Assembly (NCBI GenBank): GCA_963759005.1
Contig: CAVWXQ010000017.1
Coordinates: 24,833 to 88,832 of the forward strand
Direction of reading: 5' to 3'
Source: an uncultured Gammaproteobacteria bacterium
Lineage (GTDB): Bacteria; Pseudomonadota; Gammaproteobacteria; SZUA-229
Length of the DNA: 64,000 bases
The notes under the pieces were generated by a model. That model ran no database searches. It was not told the DNA's origin and saw nothing but the letters and a program-made list of their open reading frames with translations. Shown one piece after another: positions 1 through 9,648 of this stretch (positions are counted from its first letter, which is position 1; each line of letters begins with the position of its first letter). Both the position numbers and the translations under genes were made by a program.

Positions 1-2103
1 TTGGGCAAAATGGCAGGATCCTTACAAAAAACCCTGTTATCTTTTTGCGCTGGTGGCGGGTGATTTAGCCTTTATAGAAGATCACTATGAAACCATGAGT
101 GCTCGCAATGTGCAGTTACGTATTTATGTTCAGCATCATAATATTGATAAATGTGATTTCGCCATGGTTTCACTTAAAAAGTCGATGCAGTGGGATGAAC
201 AAACATTTGGCCAGGGAGTACGATCTGGATGTGTACAACATTGTGGCGGTTGATGATTTCAATATGGGGGCAATGGAAAACAAGGGTTTAAATGTTTTCA
301 ATTCCAAGTACGTTCTGGCTAAACAGGATACCGCAACCGATACCGATTTTATGGGTATAGAAGGCGTAATTGGCCATGAATACTTTCATAACTGGAGTGG
401 TAACCGGGTGACCTGTCGTGACTGGTTTCAGTTAACCTTAAAAGAAGGATTGACCGTATTTCGTGACCAGCAGTTTACCGCAGATATGAATTCTGCAGCG
501 CCTAAACGCATTGATGATGTCAATATTTTGCGTACTGCGCAGTTTGCAGAAGATGCGGGTCCTATGGCACATCCCATTCAACCGGACTCCTATCAGGAAA
601 TAAATAATTTCTACACGGTTACGGTGTATAACAAGGGGGCAGAAGTCATACGCATGATTCATACTCTGTTAGGTGTCGATAAATTTCGCCAGGGCATGGA
701 TTTATATTTTGAGCGTTTTGATGGTCAGGCGGTAACCACAGAAGAGTTTGTCAACGCAATGGAAGATGCCAGTCAGCTTGATTTGAGTCAGTTCAGGCGT
801 TGGTATACACAGGCAGGAACGCCAGAAGTAACCGTTAATGAAAATTATGATGATAATGAAAAAATATACAGACTAACACTATCGCAATCTACACCGAATA
901 CGCCGGGACAGGAAGAAAAGCTGCCTTTTCATATTCCGGTAAAAATCAGTTTATTAGCTAAAAACACTGAAGCTGTGCCTTTGCAGCTGGATTCTGCGTA
1001 TGAGCAAACGGCGAATGTGCTGAATTTCACTCATAACGAACAGCAATTTGAATTTAAAAATATCAGAGAAAAGCCGGTCAGTCTCAATATTGCAGGGTTA
1101 TTCCGCACCGGTGAAGTTAAAGTTTGAGCGTGATGATGAAGAACTTGCTTTTTGCATGGCACATGAAACCGATGATTTTAATCGTTGGGAAGCAGGGCAG
1201 CAGTTATCAGCTCGCTTGATTTTAACCCTGGTCGATTCGATTAATACGGGAGGTGAGCTATTATTACCTGATTATTATGTAAATGCCTGTGAAAAAATAG
1301 TAAACGATAAAAGACTGGATAAAGCATTAATCGCCCGCGCTTTAACCCTGCCATCGCTGATGTATGTAGGTGAAATGATGCCGGTGATTGACGTCGATGC
1401 TATTCATCAGGCAAGAGAGTTTATTTATACGCAGTTAGCACAGAAACTCGAGTCAGCGATACTGGCTGTATATAAGGAAAACTCACAAGATGAATATACT
1501 TTATCACCAGAATCAATGGGAGAACGTTTTTTACGCAATCAGGCTTTATCTTATTTGATGTATCTGGGTGATCAGGGCGAATTATTAGCAAAACAACAGT
1601 ATCAGTCTGCAGATAATATGACGGATCAAATGGCAGCATTTAAATCACTTGTGCATCATGAAGCTGTAAGTTCGGATGAAACCATAACGGCTTTTTACCA
1701 ACAGTGGAACCACGATAACCTGGTAATGGACAAGTGGTTTACTGTGCAGGCAACAGTGCCACATGCTTTAGCAAAAGCCAGGGTGAAACAATTGTTTGAG
1801 CATAAAGACTTTGATATCAAAAATCCAAACCGGGTACGTTCTTTATTAGGGGCTTTTTGTTCGGCCAACCCTATCTGTTTTCATGATGCCAGTGGTTTTG
1901 GTTATGAGTTGCTAGAAGAATATATCGAAAAAATAGATGTCATGAATCCACAAATTGCTTCTCGCTTATGTGTGCCATTGACCCGCTGGAAACGTTATAA
2001 CGAGACACGCCAGCAGTTAATGAAATCGGCCTTGCAACGACTGATTTCATTGCCGAACCTTTCAAATGACGTTTCTGAGCTGGTTGAAAAAAGCTTGAAA
2101 TAA
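1..2103 (+). pseudogene. pepN: aminopeptidase N (M1 metallopeptidase); 5' end lies outside window; reading frame broken twice
   Basis: Pieces in three successive frames (2..~212, ~212..~1085, ~1085..2103) give collinear PepN sequence with GAMEN and HEYFH...E zinc motifs. Frame steps +1 near 205-215 (WDEQTFG / REYDLDVYN junction) and near 1075-1090 (REKPV / SILQGYSAPVKL junction). Confidence 0.85.
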
Positions 2104-2391
2104 GTTGGAAAGATTCAATTTTTTTGAGCTTGCACCAATATGAGTAATATTAAACCGATTGTTGGTTGCTATTTAGTAGATAAACGGTATTTAGTTTTAT
2201 ATTTATTTGTTGTACTATTTTTTTAAAGGTTTATAAAAAAATAATTACAAAATTTGACTTTTTATTAGAAATTTCATGCAGATATTTCGTGTAAGGTCTA
2301 GACTTAATTAACTTACCTGTATATGTCAGTGTCGATCAATAAATTGATAGATTATTTGCATATGATAGCAATCGAGCTGGAGCTGTAGTAT

Positions 2392-4125
2392 ATGTCGAAC
2401 GTTGTTTCATTGTTCAGTGACACCCAAAAATATGAAGAAAGGCCTGTCGTTATCTTAGCGGATGATGACCCTTCCATTCGCCTGATGGTGCGTCATGTGC
2501 TGGAGTCAGAAGATTTCGATATTGTCGAGGCCTCTGATGGCCTGGAAGCAATAAAAGCGGTAGAAAAGTATCATCCTGCACTTATCCTGCTTGACGCCGT
2601 TATGCCGGGCATAGATGGCTTTACCACCTGTCAACAAATTAAGGACAATGGTCATACCGATATACCGGTGATGATGATTACCGGGCTGGATGACGATGCC
2701 TCCGTTGAAAGAGCTTATGAAGTCGGTGCTATTGATTTTATTACCAAACCTATCAAATGGGCGGTGCTTAAACATCGCGTAAAATCGGTAGTAGCGAAGG
2801 TCATTGCTGAGCGTAAAGTTCAATTGCTGGCTTATCGCGACACCTTAACCAATTTACCCAATCGCCTGTTATTTGCAGATCGTCTGGAACAGGCTGTCAT
2901 CCGTGCTGATCGCAGCCGCACATCAATGGCATTAATGCTGGTAGATATTGACGATTTTAAGCTAGTGAATGATTCATTTGGTCATGATGCTGGTGACAAA
3001 CTAATCAAAGCCGTTGGGGAATTGATCTCACGATCACTACGCCGTGCCGATACTATTGCACGTTTGGGTGGCGATGAATTTGCAGTAATTATCGAAGGTA
3101 TCGATAGTCCGGAAGATGCCATTTCAATAGCAGACAATCTAACCACCATTCTTGAACATAATGTTCGTCTTGATGATCAGGAAACCTATACCAGTGCGTC
3201 TATCGGTATTGCTGTTTATCCAGATGACGGTAAAGATGCACGAGCCATACTTAAAAATGCAGACACAGCGATGTTCCGGGCTAAAGAAAATGGCCGACAT
3301 TGCTTCCAGTTTTATAAACCGGACCTGAGTGTTAGTGCGATGGAACGTCTGGACCTGGAAAACAGCTTAAAAGCGGCCTTTGAAAAGGATGAGTTCCTGA
3401 TCCATTATCAGCCAGTTATAGATATTGATAAAAATGAAATTATTGGTGTAGAAGCTTTATTACGCTGGCAGCATCCCGATAAAGGTATGATTCAGCCTAC
3501 TGACTTCGTTCCCACCGTGGAAAATAGTGGGTTAATTATTGCCCTTGGTGAATGGATGATATTTAGTGTCTGTAAACAGATTCGTGTATGGCAGGATGCG
3601 AGTTTAAAAAACCAGAATGTTTCTATCAATCTGGCACCGCGGCAGTTTAAAGAACAGGATCTGGTTGCTCTGTTTACGCAGGCAATTGCAGAAAATAACA
3701 TTGAAGGTTCATCACTATCTGTTGAAGTTATGGAACGTACATTAATTGATAATGTGGGTGAAGTGGAAAGTACCCTGAAAAAACTTCGAAATATGGGCAT
3801 CAAAGTCATGCTTGATGATTTTGGTACTGGTTATGCATCACTGGCTTATCTTAAAAATTTTCCTATTGATGTGGTTAAAATTGACCGTGAATTTATTAGT
3901 GGAATACCTGACAATCCGGGTGACTCCGCAATTGTTGATGCTATTGCAGGTTTAACACGTGGTTTGAAATTAGACTTACTTGCTGAAGGTGTTGAAACAG
4001 AAAGTCAGTTAAGTGCCTTAAAAAGTATAGGTTGTCATTATGGGCAAGGTTATTACTGGAGTAAAGCGTTGCCTGGTGATGAGTATGAACAGTTTTATAT
4101 GAACCAGATTTATAATCTTGGTTAA
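2392..4125 (+). CDS. response-regulator receiver + GGDEF + EAL c-di-GMP turnover protein
   Basis: N-terminal REC (ILADDD...LLDAVMPGIDG), GGDEF signature RLGGDEFAV, EAL signatures EALLRW and DDFGTGYASL. Confidence 0.9.
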   Translation: MSNVVSLFSDTQKYEERPVVILADDDPSIRLMVRHVLESEDFDIVEASDGLEAIKAVEKYHPALILLDAVMPGIDGFTTCQQIKDNGHTDIPVMMITGLDDDASVERAYEVGAIDFITKPIKWAVLKHRVKSVVAKVIAERKVQLLAYRDTLTNLPNRLLFADRLEQAVIRADRSRTSMALMLVDIDDFKLVNDSFGHDAGDKLIKAVGELISRSLRRADTIARLGGDEFAVIIEGIDSPEDAISIADNLTTILEHNVRLDDQETYTSASIGIAVYPDDGKDARAILKNADTAMFRAKENGRHCFQFYKPDLSVSAMERLDLENSLKAAFEKDEFLIHYQPVIDIDKNEIIGVEALLRWQHPDKGMIQPTDFVPTVENSGLIIALGEWMIFSVCKQIRVWQDASLKNQNVSINLAPRQFKEQDLVALFTQAIAENNIEGSSLSVEVMERTLIDNVGEVESTLKKLRNMGIKVMLDDFGTGYASLAYLKNFPIDVVKIDREFISGIPDNPGDSAIVDAIAGLTRGLKLDLLAEGVETESQLSALKSIGCHYGQGYYWSKALPGDEYEQFYMNQIYNLG

Positions 4126-4149
4126 CATCTAAAATGTACACAAATCTGT

Positions 4150-4187
4150 AAGCCGTTTGGTGTAAATCATTAAGCGGCTTTTTTTAT
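4150..4187 (+). terminator. rho-independent terminator of GGDEF/EAL gene
   Basis: Stem AAGCCG/CGGCTT followed by a T7 run about 25 nt after the stop codon. Confidence 0.6.
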
Positions 4188-4213
4188 GTAACTATATCAA
4201 AAGTATTCATTTA

Positions 4214-4278
4214 GCCGCAAAGAGCGCAAAGTTATTACCATATAAAAATTTTTTTGCAGACTTTGCACTTTTTGCGGC
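4214..4278. repeat. REP-like hairpin element (arms GCCGCAAAGAGCGCAAAGT / ACTTTGCACTTTTTGCGGC)
   Basis: Inverted arms, each built from two ~9-nt CGCAAAG sub-repeats. Same design as the elements at 13488, 27293, 31939 and 48308. Confidence 0.7.
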
Positions 4279-4310
4279 AAAATTGCTTTTTTTCAAAATA
4301 AATTATAATA

Positions 4311-5003
4311 ATGAATATATTAATCACCGGCGCAAATCGTGGTATCGGCCTGGAAATGGTCAAGTTCTCAATGGAACAAGGCTGGTCTGTTTTTGCATGT
4401 TGTCGCAATCCGCATAATGCGGAAAATTTATTTAATATTGCGAAATTATCCAATGGTCAGATCAGTGTGCATATTGCCGATATGCAGGAACTTGGTACTT
4501 TACAGGCATTGTCTTATGAATTGCGTAACGATGCCATTGATATCTTATTTAATAATGCGGGCATTTACGGTTGCGATAAAAACACATTTGGCTCGGTTGA
4601 TGTAGAAAGCTGGTTACAGGCTTTTCAGGTGAATAGCATTGCGCCGTTAAAAATGGTTGAAGCTTTTTCTGAACAATTGCTCATGGGTAATCGTAAACTG
4701 GTTGCCTGTATGAGTAGCAAGATGGGCAGCATGGCTGATAATGGTTACGGTAACAGTTATATCTACCGATCCAGTAAGGCTGCGTTAAATGCTGTGGTAA
4801 AAAGTTTGTCGATTGATCTGAAAGAGCAGGGAATTATCAGTGTGGCTCTTCATCCTGGTTGGGTAAAAACAGATATGGGTGGTCCGGATGCAGAAATTAC
4901 AACACGCCAATGTGTCGAACAGTTATTCAGTCTCCTGTCAGACCTAACGATAAAAGATAGTGGACGCTTTATCGATATTGATGGTAGCGATATTCCCTGG
5001 TAA
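4311..5003 (+). CDS. short-chain dehydrogenase/reductase (SDR) family oxidoreductase
   Basis: TGANRGIG cofactor motif and YRSSK catalytic YxxxK. Confidence 0.85.
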   Translation: MNILITGANRGIGLEMVKFSMEQGWSVFACCRNPHNAENLFNIAKLSNGQISVHIADMQELGTLQALSYELRNDAIDILFNNAGIYGCDKNTFGSVDVESWLQAFQVNSIAPLKMVEAFSEQLLMGNRKLVACMSSKMGSMADNGYGNSYIYRSSKAALNAVVKSLSIDLKEQGIISVALHPGWVKTDMGGPDAEITTRQCVEQLFSLLSDLTIKDSGRFIDIDGSDIPW

Positions 5004-5009
5004 TGAACC

Positions 5010-5232
5010 GAGGGAAGCTCTGATTAAGTCCATTTATTTTAGGCTTGTTAAATGTCCATATCTTCCCGGAAGATTGTAGTAATAGTTATTCTAAGCGAAG
5101 CAGAATGATGTGCAAGTGCCACAATGACAGGAGTCACGCAGCGACCTGCGATCTTCGGGGAAGAGATGAACACAATTCCTGCGGCCCATTTTAATAACCG
5201 GGCTAATTAATTTAGCCAGAGATATCTCTGGT
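5010..5232. repeat. MITE-like element, family with termini GGGAAGCTCTGATTAAGTCCAT
   Basis: Left end GAGGGAAGCTCTGATTAAGTCCAT. The interior and right end align with the copy at 12181-12341 (GTCCATATCTTCCCGG..., GAACACAATTCCTG..., GGCTAATTAA...CAGAGAT). Confidence 0.65.
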
Positions 5233-5256
5233 TATTTCATTGGAACAATTAATTAT

Positions 5257-6078
5257 ATGTCATTTCCTGATTTAGAAAAATTAAAGTCACTGGTTAAAGT
5301 TGCTGCGAAAGAAGAATTACTGAAAGATTTTGGTCATTCAGAATTCGAATATAAAGATGATGGTAGCGTCGTAACACCAGCAGATCTGGCAATGCAAAAC
5401 CGCCTGGAAATAGAATTAAAACAACACTGGCCGATGTACAGCATTCTTGGTGAAGAGATGACTGATGAAGCGCAACTGACAGTGATTGATATGGCCGCGG
5501 TGAATAAAACGAAGGGTTACTGGTGTATTGACCCGCTTGATGGAACCAGTAACTATGCTGCAGGTGTGCCATTTTTTGCTGTTTCTATCGCCTTAATTAT
5601 AGATAACCAGCAGCAGTTAGGCCTTATATATGACCCGGTGCGAGATGAAATGTTTACCGCAATAAAAGGTCAAGGTGCATATTTGAATGACCAGATACTT
5701 GACTCTTCACAGATGAAGTTTACGAAAAATAAACCGATCGTAGCTGAAATTGATTTGAAACGTCTGCCGGAAGAACTCACTGTTAAACTGGTTACAGAAA
5801 GGATTTTTGCATCACAACGAAATATCGGCTCCTGTGCTATTGACTGGTGCTGGATGGCTGCTGGACGGTTTGATATTTATTTACATGGTGGTCAAAAGTT
5901 GTGGGATTACGCAGCGGGCAGTTTGATTTTTAGCGAGGCTGGTGGACGGTCAGTTTCGCTGGATAATAATGATGTGTTTCGCGGACGACTAGAAGTTAGA
6001 TCAGTCCTCGCCTGTTATGATGAAAAGTTGTTTAACTACTGGTATCAATGGATAGGTATTGGTGACTATGAGAAATGA
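5257..6078 (+). CDS. inositol monophosphatase family protein (second paralog in the window)
   Basis: IMPase motifs WCIDPLDGTSNY and WDYAAGSLI. Confidence 0.85.
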   Translation: MSFPDLEKLKSLVKVAAKEELLKDFGHSEFEYKDDGSVVTPADLAMQNRLEIELKQHWPMYSILGEEMTDEAQLTVIDMAAVNKTKGYWCIDPLDGTSNYAAGVPFFAVSIALIIDNQQQLGLIYDPVRDEMFTAIKGQGAYLNDQILDSSQMKFTKNKPIVAEIDLKRLPEELTVKLVTERIFASQRNIGSCAIDWCWMAAGRFDIYLHGGQKLWDYAAGSLIFSEAGGRSVSLDNNDVFRGRLEVRSVLACYDEKLFNYWYQWIGIGDYEK

Positions 6079-6157
6079 TTAGTGAATAATGAAGAATATC
6101 TGACTAAAAATAACTACGTTTAAACTTTTCATTATTCACTAATCATTTCTCATAGTC
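6064..6157. terminator. perfect 30-bp inverted repeat between convergent genes (probable bidirectional terminator)
   Basis: GACTATGAGAAATGATTAGTGAATAATGAA (6064-6093) and its exact reverse complement (6128-6157). The left arm contains the stop codon of the upstream CDS. Confidence 0.6.
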
Positions 6158-6160
6158 GGT

Positions 6161-6682
6161 TTACCTTTTGGCAACAGTCGATTCGCGAACTAGTTTTCTG
6201 ATTTTTGCTTCTAGTTCGTCCTCGTCATTGCTGCGAAAACCTAAATTAGCGTGCACCACATTTCCATTTTTATCGATAAGGTAGGAGCTTGGCATTGCCT
6301 TTACTTTATAGGCTTCTGCCGTAGTGCCCTGTGGGTCAAATGCTACCTCAAAATTAGCAGGAATCTGTTGTAAAAATTTATTGGCTTTTGTTCGCGATTC
6401 ATCAAGATTAATGGCGATAATTTTAAAATCCTCGCTTCCATATAACGATTGCATTTTATTCATCCAGGTAAACGATTTTCGACATGGTTGACACCATGAT
6501 GCCCAGAAGTCTAGGTAGACGATCTTTCCATGGTATTTGTTTAATTCAATTTGTTTTTGTTGGCCTTCTAATATGAAATTGGGTGCGTGGTTTGTTGGGT
6601 TAGCGGCAATTGCACTACCACCGCCAGGAAAAACGTATATTGCCACGGCAATTAGTGACATTCTTAAAAGTGAAACGAACAT
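6161..6682 (-). CDS. periplasmic thiol:disulfide oxidoreductase, TlpA/ResA/DsbE-like redoxin
   Basis: Signal-anchor N-terminus; thioredoxin active site WASWCQPCRKS. Confidence 0.85.
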   Translation of the reverse strand: MFVSLLRMSLIAVAIYVFPGGGSAIAANPTNHAPNFILEGQQKQIELNKYHGKIVYLDFWASWCQPCRKSFTWMNKMQSLYGSEDFKIIAINLDESRTKANKFLQQIPANFEVAFDPQGTTAEAYKVKAMPSSYLIDKNGNVVHANLGFRSNDEDELEAKIRKLVRESTVAKR

Positions 6683-7047
6683 AATTGACTCCGTTGCATG
6701 CTAACATCGCATAAAATAAACATGATAAATCAATAGCTTGCATTGATTTAATGTGATTTGGTTTCGTTTTTAGTTTGAACGCAATTGTATGTCGTAGTGC
6801 TTAGGTAGGATTTTGATAAAGCTATCACTTTTTTAGCTAACTGTATTTAATATAGCAGGTAAACGGAAAAAGTCGATTGAAAATTTTGGAAATGGTTTGT
6901 TTTTTTATAATTATGGAGCATTAAAGTATTTGCTTGGTATGGTCGGTGAATTAATAATGCAAAGCCAGTGTTTCATCAATATGACTTTGATGGAAAACAA
7001 GAACACGGTGCTGTGTGCCTTTGCAGTAGTAAACAAGGCCGGCAGTG

Positions 7048-7100
7048 TAACTCGAATATTTCACCTAAAATGCTTCGTTTTTATGAAATATTCGGGTTAA
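7048..7100. repeat. miniature hairpin made of the two termini of the TTAACCCGGAT...TTTCATAGGA MITE family
   Basis: TAACTCGAATATTTCA (7048-7063) pairs with TGAAATATTCGGGTTAA (7084-7100). The sequence matches the TIRs at 8266 and 59922. Confidence 0.6.
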
Positions 7101-7166
7101 TAAGGCTTAGGTAAGCTAAAATAGACAGTGTAGCAATCCAGTAAACTCACCTTTCTTAGATAGAAG

Positions 7167-7547
7167 ATGGCACCAATATTAATTGATAACCGAGGTCTGA
7201 TAAAACTTGGTATGCTTTCAGTGTTAACCACAGTTATTGTCTTTGCTGTGGGTTTTCTCAGCGGTTATCAGCAGGCAATAACTTTTTATGCTGCTGGCAG
7301 TGAGGTTGAAATTTTAGCTTTGCCAGTACCAGCTGTTTTGCTGGAGACAGATGTAGAGCCACAGTTGCCAGATATAATCGTAGCGGGTGCAGATATTGAT
7401 GTTGACCAGCCACAAGTTGAGTCGAAAGCCAATACGAAAAATAGTGCCGTTGAATCAAAGGTTTTTACGTCTTCAAATAAAGAAAAAGTAAACAAAACTA
7501 ATGAAGTGCCTACATCGAATAAACCGGCTTCTTTAGCGCTTCTATGA
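7167..7547 (+). CDS. membrane-anchored N-terminal part of a SPOR-domain protein (ends at an in-frame TGA)
   Basis: One TM helix (LGMLSVLTTVIVFAVGFLSGY) followed by a low-complexity linker. Same frame as 7575-8234, separated only by TGA at 7545-7547. Confidence 0.6.
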   Translation: MAPILIDNRGLIKLGMLSVLTTVIVFAVGFLSGYQQAITFYAAGSEVEILALPVPAVLLETDVEPQLPDIIVAGADIDVDQPQVESKANTKNSAVESKVFTSSNKEKVNKTNEVPTSNKPASLALL

Positions 7548-7574
7548 CACGCTTCTATTGAGCAATCGGGCAAG

Positions 7575-8234
7575 TTGAATAATAAAGTAAGCAGCGACGA
7601 TAAAAATATTCTTAATAAGAACACTCTGTTTTCTATAAAAGAGTCTTCTATAAAAAAATCTATAAACAAAACAGTTACTTTAAATAGTTTTCAAAACGAA
7701 TTGGGCGAATCTGCAGTTACAAAAGAGCATGATTTGACAGTTGTCGCTTCGTTAACCTCGGCTGAACTAAACAACATAAAATATTCTATTCAAGTTGGCA
7801 TATATGGGCGTTTAATTAATGCGGAAAACATGATGAGGATGTTACAGGCGCAACATTTAGATGCGTATGTTTCTGACGATACTAGCAAGAAAAATGAAAT
7901 TCGTTATAACGTTAGATTTGGCTATTTTGTAGATAGAAAGTCAGCAACAAGCGCATTAAAAAATTATGTAAACAAACAAAAGGGTGATGGTTATCTAGTG
8001 AACTTTTCTGTTGAAAACATCACTAAACTTGCTGATGCTATCGATCTAAACCTACCAACGACTACTGAAGAAACGGAGAAAAAACCATCACCAGCAATCG
8101 CACCACATGAAATTACAGGTGATAAAGTTTCTCAAACTGATGTTTTAAGTACGTCAACTGTTTTAGCAGATGCTCAGTCTCAGGCCATAGTTAAAATTCT
8201 GTCTGGTGATCGTGTAAGGGCTACCACGAAATAA
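7575..8234 (+). CDS. SPOR (peptidoglycan-binding) domain protein, C-terminal part; TTG start in the ORF track
   Basis: SPOR-like segment YSIQVGIYGRLINAENMMRMLQ...RYNVRFGYFVDRKSATSAL. It has no export signal of its own. Confidence 0.65.
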   Translation: MNNKVSSDDKNILNKNTLFSIKESSIKKSINKTVTLNSFQNELGESAVTKEHDLTVVASLTSAELNNIKYSIQVGIYGRLINAENMMRMLQAQHLDAYVSDDTSKKNEIRYNVRFGYFVDRKSATSALKNYVNKQKGDGYLVNFSVENITKLADAIDLNLPTTTEETEKKPSPAIAPHEITGDKVSQTDVLSTSTVLADAQSQAIVKILSGDRVRATTK

Positions 8235-8265
8235 ATACATATCGTTTTAAAAAATCAATCTATGA

Positions 8266-8555
8266 TTAACCCGGATGTTTCATAGGAGTGGGGTAGTTGG
8301 GGCTATGTTTTTTTTAAAATCGACACTTCCGCCATTCGTGGGGTCGTTTGTACAATGCGTTGTTAAAATCGTAAGAACGATTTTACATCAGCGAAACCAG
8401 ACCGTAGGTGACTAACTTTGTTGTGAACAGAATTGAAGGGCGATAACCAGCCGGAACGGCTATTAAAGATGTAATTTCTAAAACAGAAATATTTATTAAT
8501 ATAAATCATAGTGTTACGTGAAATTTGTAGCGTTCCTATGAGCTATCCGGGTTAA
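8266..8555. mobile_element. MITE-like element with ~22-bp terminal inverted repeats (TTAACCCGGATGTTTCATAGGA / TCCTATGAGCTATCCGGGTTAA)
   Basis: TIRs seen directly. The interior shares TAACACTATGATT...ATTA and GTACAAAC blocks, in inverted orientation, with the element at 59922-60170. No ORF. Confidence 0.75.
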
Positions 8556-8598
8556 AATTATTTTTTAGGTCAATTTCTAAGCACCATGTCGCAACACT

Positions 8599-9303
8599 AT
8601 GTCACAAACAATTAAAGTATTAAGTTTCGATCTTGACGATACTTTATGGCCCTGTATTCCCACAATCGAGCGTGCTGAAAAATTATTATATCAATGGTTG
8701 TCTGATCAGGTCCCGGTGATCACGCAACATTATGATATCTATCAGCTACGTGAAAAAAGGCGTTTACTGTTAAACAGCCATTCAGACCTCGCGCATGATT
8801 TAACAAAATTACGAATTAAATCATTTGAAATGTTGGCGGATGAATTTGAGTTGGCAGATGACTGGATACAGCCTGCGTTTAAAATTTTTTATGAAGCAAG
8901 GCAGCAAGTTATTTTGTTTGATGATGTGAAACCGGTACTGGATGAACTGAATAAAGAATTTAAGCTGGTCAGTCTAACTAATGGTAATGCAAGTACAGTA
9001 GAAACAGGAGTTGATCACTGGTTTGATATCGCATTAAATTCAGCCTCTGTAGGTAAGTTGAAATCTGAACCTGATATATATAGACAAGTACAAAAACTGG
9101 CCAATATTGAGGCTCGGCAAATGGTGCACATTGGCGATCATCCGTTGCAGGATATATCGGGTGCAAAATCTGCAGGTGTGTTTGCTGTCTGGCTTAATCG
9201 GCAAAACAGGCTCTGGACATTGGTAGACTGCCAGCCTGATGCGGTGATTAGCAGTTTGCACGAGTTACCATCATTATTAAGGAAACTGCAAAGTCTGGGA
9301 TGA
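8599..9303 (+). CDS. HAD-superfamily hydrolase
   Basis: Motif I FDLDDTLW and motif IV-like HIGDHPLQD. Confidence 0.8.
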   Translation: MSQTIKVLSFDLDDTLWPCIPTIERAEKLLYQWLSDQVPVITQHYDIYQLREKRRLLLNSHSDLAHDLTKLRIKSFEMLADEFELADDWIQPAFKIFYEARQQVILFDDVKPVLDELNKEFKLVSLTNGNASTVETGVDHWFDIALNSASVGKLKSEPDIYRQVQKLANIEARQMVHIGDHPLQDISGAKSAGVFAVWLNRQNRLWTLVDCQPDAVISSLHELPSLLRKLQSLG

Positions 9304-9648
9304 TCGGATCATGTCCATCCAGCAAATCTATTGATGACGTGTCAGGCATTTCACAAAGATAGTTTTATTTTATTTCCACCGCATTCCCGTTAACTGTCAA
9401 AGACATGAATCGAGTGCATCTATCAACGTCACCATCACCCGCATGCACGCGGTTGTTGAGCCACCAGGGAGGGTTTCACGGCGTGTCGATGGTGGATGTG
9501 TCCTGTTCATGTCTCGGATTCGTGCAACCCTTGTCCATGCCTGTTACATCTATCTTGTTTAGGTAATTTCTTCTTGTTAGCGGGACAGCAGTGATGTTAT
9601 TCCTATATAATTGAAATTTAGAAGATATTTCAGGTTACGAGTAAAATA

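Noticed and set aside
4235-4453. 72-aa minus-strand ORF overlapping the SDR start and the REP element
   Set aside because: It is antisense to a well-supported CDS and runs through a hairpin repeat, with no homology signal.
6897-7100. 67-aa ORF in the tlpA-like/SPOR intergenic region
   Set aside because: It has a TTG start, no SD and no recognisable sequence, and its end is formed by the mini-MITE hairpin.
9303-9648. A 346-bp spacer upstream of DAHP synthase, noticeably GC-richer than its surroundings, considered as a riboswitch or attenuator leader, or as a diverged MITE (it starts with TGATCGGATCATGTCCATCC, like the CTGATTAAGTCCATCC family)
   Set aside because: I could find neither a convincing inverted partner terminus, nor a leader peptide rich in aromatic codons, nor a terminator/antiterminator pair, so I cannot support either call without covariance-model or repeat searches.
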